Shown here piece after piece: positions 36,545 through 42,806 of a stretch of 42,806 nt of DNA. Positions within the stretch are counted from its first letter, which is position 1. Each line of letters opens with the position of its first letter. Source of the DNA: Nemertoderma westbladi (Eukaryota > Animalia > Xenacoelomorpha); the NCBI GenBank assembly GCA_032718475.1, contig JAUCBJ010004876.1:1-42806 (forward strand), in the 5' to 3' direction. Both the position numbers and the translations under genes were made by a program. A model generated the notes under the pieces. It did no database searches and was not told the origin of the DNA. It worked only from the letters and a program-made list of their open reading frames with translations.

Positions 36545-37840
36545 TCATTCCGTTTGCGTAGACATCTCACCTGAACTACGACGAATACGTGTTAGCCGTT
36601 CAGGGGATAGGGAGGGTATTGAAGCTGTTGGTAGAGTTGATCCACGACGGTTAACTCCGGTATCGGTTTGGTCTCCTTGGGTTTGGGAATTATCCCCGCG
36701 AACTATGTCGGCTTGACGCCGATCAGATTTTGATCGAGAAGATTCCACTACTGAGCCATTGATGATAACCCAGTGTTTGGCCGGGTAAGCGGCCTGGAGA
36801 CGGCGCCGCTCCACACGTAGCTCGTATTGAAGACGGTTTTCTTCAGGCGTGTAGTCAGGAGAGATATACACTCCGATATACCTTTCAGACTGACGTAGTT
36901 CACGAGCTTTTCGTAGCAAAGCCGCCCGTTTCTCTAGAGTTAGTGTAGCTATTAGTGGTTTGTTCTGAGTGTTCTGACCCCCAATTAAGCGCTTTGTGGA
37001 TATCTCCCCCTCCGTTATATTAATGCCGAGTGATGCAGCAATGTCAATTACAATTTGTTTGTCATCTTGATCCTGTAACAAGCTCGTACCCTTTATTACG
37101 ATATTATACTTTCGCTTATTTTGTTCTGCCTCTTCTTCCTTTATCCGTTTCGATAGCACTGCGAGATTGGAGGTGTTTGTCGAAGTTTTAACTTTGGAAG
37201 AGTACGAAACGTGTGACCATGTGCCACCATTATCAACTTCTGGATTCGGTGCTCCCTTCTGTGCACAATCCTTGGCATTTGTTATATCCATTCCAAGGTC
37301 ATCGATTTTCTTTTGAGTTTCATCAACGTTGTTTTCAATATCCACACGTAATTCCTTTAGTCTGGAATAAGTCATTTCTTTATTGTCTCTAATCCTTTGC
37401 TCGAGTTTGGTTGATGCGCTGGCCATAAAGTCCAGTTGTTGCTGGAAGTCGAGAAGTTTGTCGTTAAGTCGCGTTTCAACCGAATCGAGGTCCTTTGTGA
37501 ACCTAGTTATCCGTTGCCCAATACACCGACCACAATAGAAATCGACGCGACCGAAATCCGTCCCTCTTTCTGCGATACAGATCATTGCAATCTTACAACT
37601 TGCGCCGGAACAGCCAACCTCGATCTCCGTAAGACCGTCGTCCCGCGTCAACAGTTTGTTCGGAGTCACGGTCGATGCTGGTGCCGGTTTATCGTTGTTG
37701 ACGCACTTTGCCGCATTGTTTGAGTAGCTTTTTCGACGAGTTGTATTCGTATTCCTTGCTGGCTCGGCGTCGTAGCCGGTCCGGTCGTTACCGGTATCTG
37801 TCAGACCCGCGCGCTTTCCGCCATGGCTCACTCGAGACAT
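36545..37840 (-). CDS. LINE ORF1p, 431 aa
   Basis: Degenerate PHD-like CSGASC...C...FYCGRC, coiled coil, RRM start RKYNIVIKG, CTD VYISPDYTPEE. Confidence 0.88.
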   Translation of the reverse strand: MSRVSHGGKRAGLTDTGNDRTGYDAEPARNTNTTRRKSYSNNAAKCVNNDKPAPASTVTPNKLLTRDDGLTEIEVGCSGASCKIAMICIAERGTDFGRVDFYCGRCIGQRITRFTKDLDSVETRLNDKLLDFQQQLDFMASASTKLEQRIRDNKEMTYSRLKELRVDIENNVDETQKKIDDLGMDITNAKDCAQKGAPNPEVDNGGTWSHVSYSSKVKTSTNTSNLAVLSKRIKEEEAEQNKRKYNIVIKGTSLLQDQDDKQIVIDIAASLGINITEGEISTKRLIGGQNTQNKPLIATLTLEKRAALLRKARELRQSERYIGVYISPDYTPEENRLQYELRVERRRLQAAYPAKHWVIINGSVVESSRSKSDRRQADIVRGDNSQTQGDQTDTGVNRRGSTLPTASIPSLSPERLTRIRRSSGEMSTQTE

Positions 37841-39999
37841 AGCCCAATCGGATTCGCGAGTGAGTATGGGTGGGTATGGGTAATTATACGTAGTTAGACT
37901 TACTACAATGATTTAACTCAGTATTTCAGAATTTAATTTATTATTTAAATTTTTTTACAGTACAGCAGTAGGGATATACGGCTATACTGCTATAATGAAT
38001 ACAATGAATAATACAATAGTACCTGCGCTTCTGTGTCACAATATAACAATCCAATGCCAGCAACAATTACTTCTGGTATTTGTAGTAGTATGCAATGTAA
38101 ACGTGTGTGAAAATAAACTCTCAAAATGGACTGAATACACAATATTTTTTGAAAGCAATCAACAGTCAAACAATTAAATTAACTTAATTAATTAATTTAG
38201 TTTGATTAATTCGACAACAATCAAATTAATATCGCAATAGTACTGAATGGGTATCATCGAGGCAATACGCGCCACTATTTATTCGCATTTAATATTTAAT
38301 ATAATGCTCACCAAATATTATAGATGCATACATAAGAACAAATCGGTGAATACATACAGTCAACAATAGAAAGAAACTGCCTTTTCTTTTCGTATATTAG
38401 GTTGTGTTATATTTTAGGATTGTGTTCAATCAGAAATTGATAAGGTTATTTGAAATATAATTACATTGTATACGGCTTCTGCACATTGTATTCAGGCTTC
38501 TGCATATTTTAATAAGCCATCTGTAGCTTGTTATATATTATTCCTGCAAAAATGTAAGAGATTTCCATTAATGATATTCAAGAATGCATAAAAATTATCA
38601 TAAGTTATAATGACCATTTTAATGGATTTGGAATTGCTCAAGAATGTAAGAGATTCTGAAATGATTTTGGATTAATGTTACACCATTCTACTTTTCCGTG
38701 TTTTTTACACTGCATTATATTAAAACCTAATCGAAATGTTTTGAAACTCTATTTATACTGCATTGCATCAATGCATAGTGGTAGCTATCATCAACGTCCT
38801 GTCTATATTTGTGCTGCTGCTATTTTCGCTAATTGTATTTCTGCTTGTAACAAAGCATTCCAACTAATCCGCCGTAAGAATAATCCACCAGGGAGAATCG
38901 ATTCAGAATTATGCGAAAATCCTTAAATCTGAATATCAGATGGGGTTTTAAGTGTTTGATATATCTAATTAAAATTACAGAAATTTCACAACCAATAAAT
39001 AACATTTGAGCAATGTTCCAGGAGGGTAATTATCACCCACTCCTGGTGTCTACATATTAATATATATATCAAACCCTGCTCACCACTAGGGATATTTTCT
39101 CAAAATGTAAAACGTTTCAACAAAAATTACTATTTTGCATTCATTAAAGAGTATCATTATCAGCCAATATCACGTTTCTGAAATTTTATAATAATCAGCT
39201 AATTTAATCCACCAAATGCTTTTCTAATAGCAAACCTATCAATTAATTAATTGCAAAGTTGCAGATCCACAACACAAATCTTCCGAAATTGATGGTTACA
39301 AGGACAAATCCATCAATGGCAAGGAAATAGCAATCAATAAATTTCTAAATTAATTTGATATATTTCAATTTGACATTTGAAGTCAGAGAGGTTCATGGGC
39401 CCTTCGCCAAGCGATAAAGCTCTCAAAAGGATCAAAATCATGACAATTATTCCACTTAGAAATAATATTAGTATTAAATAGATATATTTAGTATTAGTAT
39501 TATAATAGTATATATATTTATAGGATAATAATAATAGTGGATGCAAATAATTATATCATTCATGCAATATTTAAAATATCTTCTATCGCTATTGCTATTA
39601 ATATTAGGCTCGAGATGCACAACCATGATTTTTGGAATCCTTGCACGTTCAGCCTACATTGCTACTAAGAAACCACCACTATAAGGTTGAAGACTAACGG
39701 CTGTGTAACTAGTGCAATATCTACGGAGACACGTTATTCCAACGCTTTAGCTACAGATTGAAAGAACTCATTTCCATTTTTTAAATTCTTTTTCATCCGG
39801 GTGAATAATATTTATCACCCGGGTGAAAAACCTTTTTTCACCCGGGTGAGAATTGTTTTTCATTTCATTGGAAATTAAAGTGACCTTTCTCTGCAACTCT
39901 CCAGTACAATTGCTTAATTGTTGTTTGTGTACAAATGGATAGCGAACTAGTTTGGGAATTTTTGGACCGGTTCTTTGGACTATGAATTGGTTCAAAAGT

Positions 40000-42216
40000 T
40001 ATTAATTTAATTTAATTATAATAATTTCATACACGCCCCGAAGGGTGGTACATAGTACATACATAGCACAACCGGACCGGTAAAGTTTAATACAAGATAT
40101 AGCGAGTAAAAATTATTGTAGGTTATGAAGTAACAATATAGTCCAAAATATCTTTTAGTTCATGGTCATCAAAACCTTTTACCTCCATAGTATCGAGGCG
40201 CACATTAATTAATTCCTTGCAGAAATCTACTTTCCATTCATTGGTCTTCATAAGAGGAACATGTAAACTTTTTACACATTTAGATATAAGGTCAGTGATA
40301 TTATATTTATTACACAAATTTCCTATCATCCTAAAATTGGAACCGCTTCGCGACCTACAATCGCAAAGGCACAAATTACTAATATATCTAATCACACGTT
40401 TAGATGAGGATTGTAAACTTTGTGCAAAATTAACAAACCTAGATTGCATCATAATACATGGATGTTCAAAAGGTAGAAGTTGTTCAATAATATATCTATT
40501 CGAGTTGAAAGGCAATTTGAAAATAATGCGAACATTAATATTCCAAGCACTAAGTATTCTCGAACAATCGTCTGAAAATAGATCCCAAAGATTACTGCCA
40601 TAAAGGCTACTTGCATAAATACGTTGTAAATTGCACAAAGTGAAAGGATTCGTAAAATAAAATTCCCGACGCAACGAATTAAGTTTACCAATAAATTGAC
40701 CAACTTTCCTTAATATATCAGATGATGATGAGTTACGGTAATCCAGAAAATGACCTAAATGTACAGCCTCACTTACCCACGGGAGATTGATACCACATAT
40801 AATTATTTTACCATGGGGCTCCCTCCAAATTGCACCTAAACTAAACACTATGCATGCAGTTGGATTTCGATTTGATGGTATCTGTATCGGCACTAAATAT
40901 CAATTTAAATTCTTTAGCGAACTCCTCACATATTTATACCATGCGTTGTACACCACCAAGCGAAGGACACAGAAGGAGAACATCGTCGGCATAAGCAAGA
41001 ACTCCAAGGTAAAATCGACCCAAGTTACAACCAATTCCTGAGTTTCGCAACCTAACGAGCAAAATATCTAACATTATGCAGAATAATAAGGGCGAGACGA
41101 CAGACCCCTGTCTTACACCATTAGAATTACTAAATGGAATTGGAGAAGGATCCATTCCAGCGTACACAACAAGTCTGATTGGAGTAACTCCATAGCAGAA
41201 CGCGAAGAAACAATGGGGAGAACCCTTTCTTGATCAACTCCAGGAAGAGTTTACACCATTCCACCATGTTGAACGCTTTCCTAAGATCGAGTAAACATCC
41301 GTAAACAGGGGTTGATAAACGAGAATAGTAACCTACGACTTCTGAAGCAGCCCACATAGAACCAAACCTATCAGCAATAGTCTGCGGTGTATCACAATCA
41401 TCTATTCTAGAACTTCTTAACCTCTGTAAAGATCTGTAGGTTGTTAGTCAGACATGCTTCTATTAACTTATCCCGCTTAATATTATCAGTAGAGCGTTTG
41501 AAACGCCTCACAGCATACTTGTACTGGGCCCTTGTAGAGCGACGTATATGAAATAACTGCGAGTTTTGTAAAGCATTCGGGCAACCTGCCGCCACCCACA
41601 CACTATACCAAAACATGGCTTCATCTTTATTAAAAGGCCTAACATGGTCGTGCCATCCCGGTAATACTGATCTATTTGCAGCGCCAGAGGGAGAAGGCTC
41701 AGCAACATTACTTAAAAACTGATTAGCACATCTATTTATAGCTTCCAAAAAATCAATGGTATATCTCTCAATATCAATTTTATGAGTGGGGTCAAGACAA
41801 AATATATCTGAACAATTTAGACAGGCACCAGATACGGTGTTGATATTCAAATTGCACAATCTTTCAGATAGATTATCCTTATACAAATTCAGTTGATCCG
41901 CTGTGGCCCGTTTGTAATTTATTTTACTAAAGTTTGCTGGACTGGAATTTGTAGACGGGACTGAGATGTGTGCCGGATTAACCAATAGATAATCTAATAA
42001 TTTAAGTTTCATAAAAACAGGACTGTGACAGGAAATATTTGCACCAGAATGAACCACACCAGCGTCGTACACATTATCAAATAAAGCACCTGAACTGACA
42101 TAATGGTCAATAGTAGACCTACACGATACTGTATCACTAATAAAAGAATAAGTATAATCTACAGGATATAAGTCCCAAAAAAAAGTTAAGAAATAATACA
42201 ACAAACTTATATACAA
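40000..42216 (-). mobile_element. Decayed APE-type LINE (Proto2/RTEX-like, clade uncertain)
   Basis: STIDH and SCHSPV (end of EN), LLDLRKAF, GVRQGSVVSP, LAYADD, VHLGH, YGSNLW; frameshifts and an internal deletion near 41360-41410; (TAAAT)-like tail. Confidence 0.85.
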
Positions 42217-42330
42217 TTATAATATTTAGCAACCGGTATCAATATTTCCAATTTCTAACGCAAACCCCCTGCATCCAAATATCAGGATTCAGTGCATCTT
42301 CAAGGTGATGGGCTGGTAGACTTATCCTTC

Positions 42331-42806
42331 AGGTCAGGTCAGGTATTCTAGGTCATTGATCAAGAAAACTTGCCACCTCCATGCAGCATAAAGGAGGTGC
42401 CACCTGTAGCTGCATAGACCCTCTTACTAGGGCAAATCTGGTCCTGTAACTAGGACCCCCTTCGTTCTGGGATAAGGACGCCCTTGGTCCTGGATTAAGG
42501 ACCCATATACTTGGCTGCAGGGGTATATGGCCTGACCAGGCAGATGGTGATCTACCAATGGCTGGTCAGGAGTAGAGTGTTCTCATGTCCACTCTGAGAG
42601 CACTTCACTGCGACCTGCACCTGGCAGCAAGGGTACAGGGCATGACCCAGCAGATGAGCTGCAACAGCCAATGGTGGGTCATGTGCGCCAGAGTAGATAT
42701 GGGTGATGGGCCTCATATCTGACTCCATTGCGACACCCACCCTGTGGAATGGCAAACCAGGGTGTGGTATTTGCCCCGAGAGCTGACTCGGCAAAAAAAG
42801 CACCCC
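42331..42806. other. GC-rich hairpin-dense segment, probably a retroelement UTR or SINE
   Basis: At least 8 short inverted-repeat pairs in series; (TCAGG)3 at the left edge resembles a minus-strand tail. Confidence 0.5.

Larger units (their letters stand above)
30237..37860 (-). mobile_element. Near full-length CR1-group (L2/Crack-like) LINE
   Basis: ORF1, repeat array, APE endonuclease, RT, 3' stem-loop (30426-30476) and (AATC)n tail at 30237-30256. The 5' end is approximate. Confidence 0.92.

Overview
AT-rich eukaryotic DNA, most likely from a marine invertebrate (inferred from the repeat types), made up mostly of nested transposable elements. (1) 1-8.3 kb is a three-level nest. About 385-bp inverted repeats enclose a Crypton-like tyrosine-recombinase element with a terminal hairpin and short direct and inverted ends. 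Its recombinase gene is split near the 3' end by a 3.5-kb TIR element with a 903-aa DDE (CxxH-type, hAT-like) transposase. (2) 9-25 kb holds a probable decayed multi-exon class A GPCR gene on the minus strand. Its introns contain SINEs, a hAT MITE, RTE and CR1 fragments, a solo LTR and an ~88-bp minisatellite. (3) 28.7-37.9 kb has two tail-to-tail RTE fragments and a near full-length CR1-group (L2/Crack-like) LINE. This LINE is the most unusual object. ORF1 ends in TGA-CTA in the same frame as ORF2. The frame then stays open, with no ATG, through ~2.95 kb of 30-bp repeats (about 98 NDNVTDQRPG-type decapeptides) straight into the endonuclease. This points to a stop-readthrough ORF1-repeat-EN-RT polyprotein that the ORF track missed. 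(4) 40-42.8 kb has a decayed LINE and a hairpin-dense GC-rich segment. No rRNA, true tRNA or CRISPR array was found. All calls were made by eye; no database searches were run.
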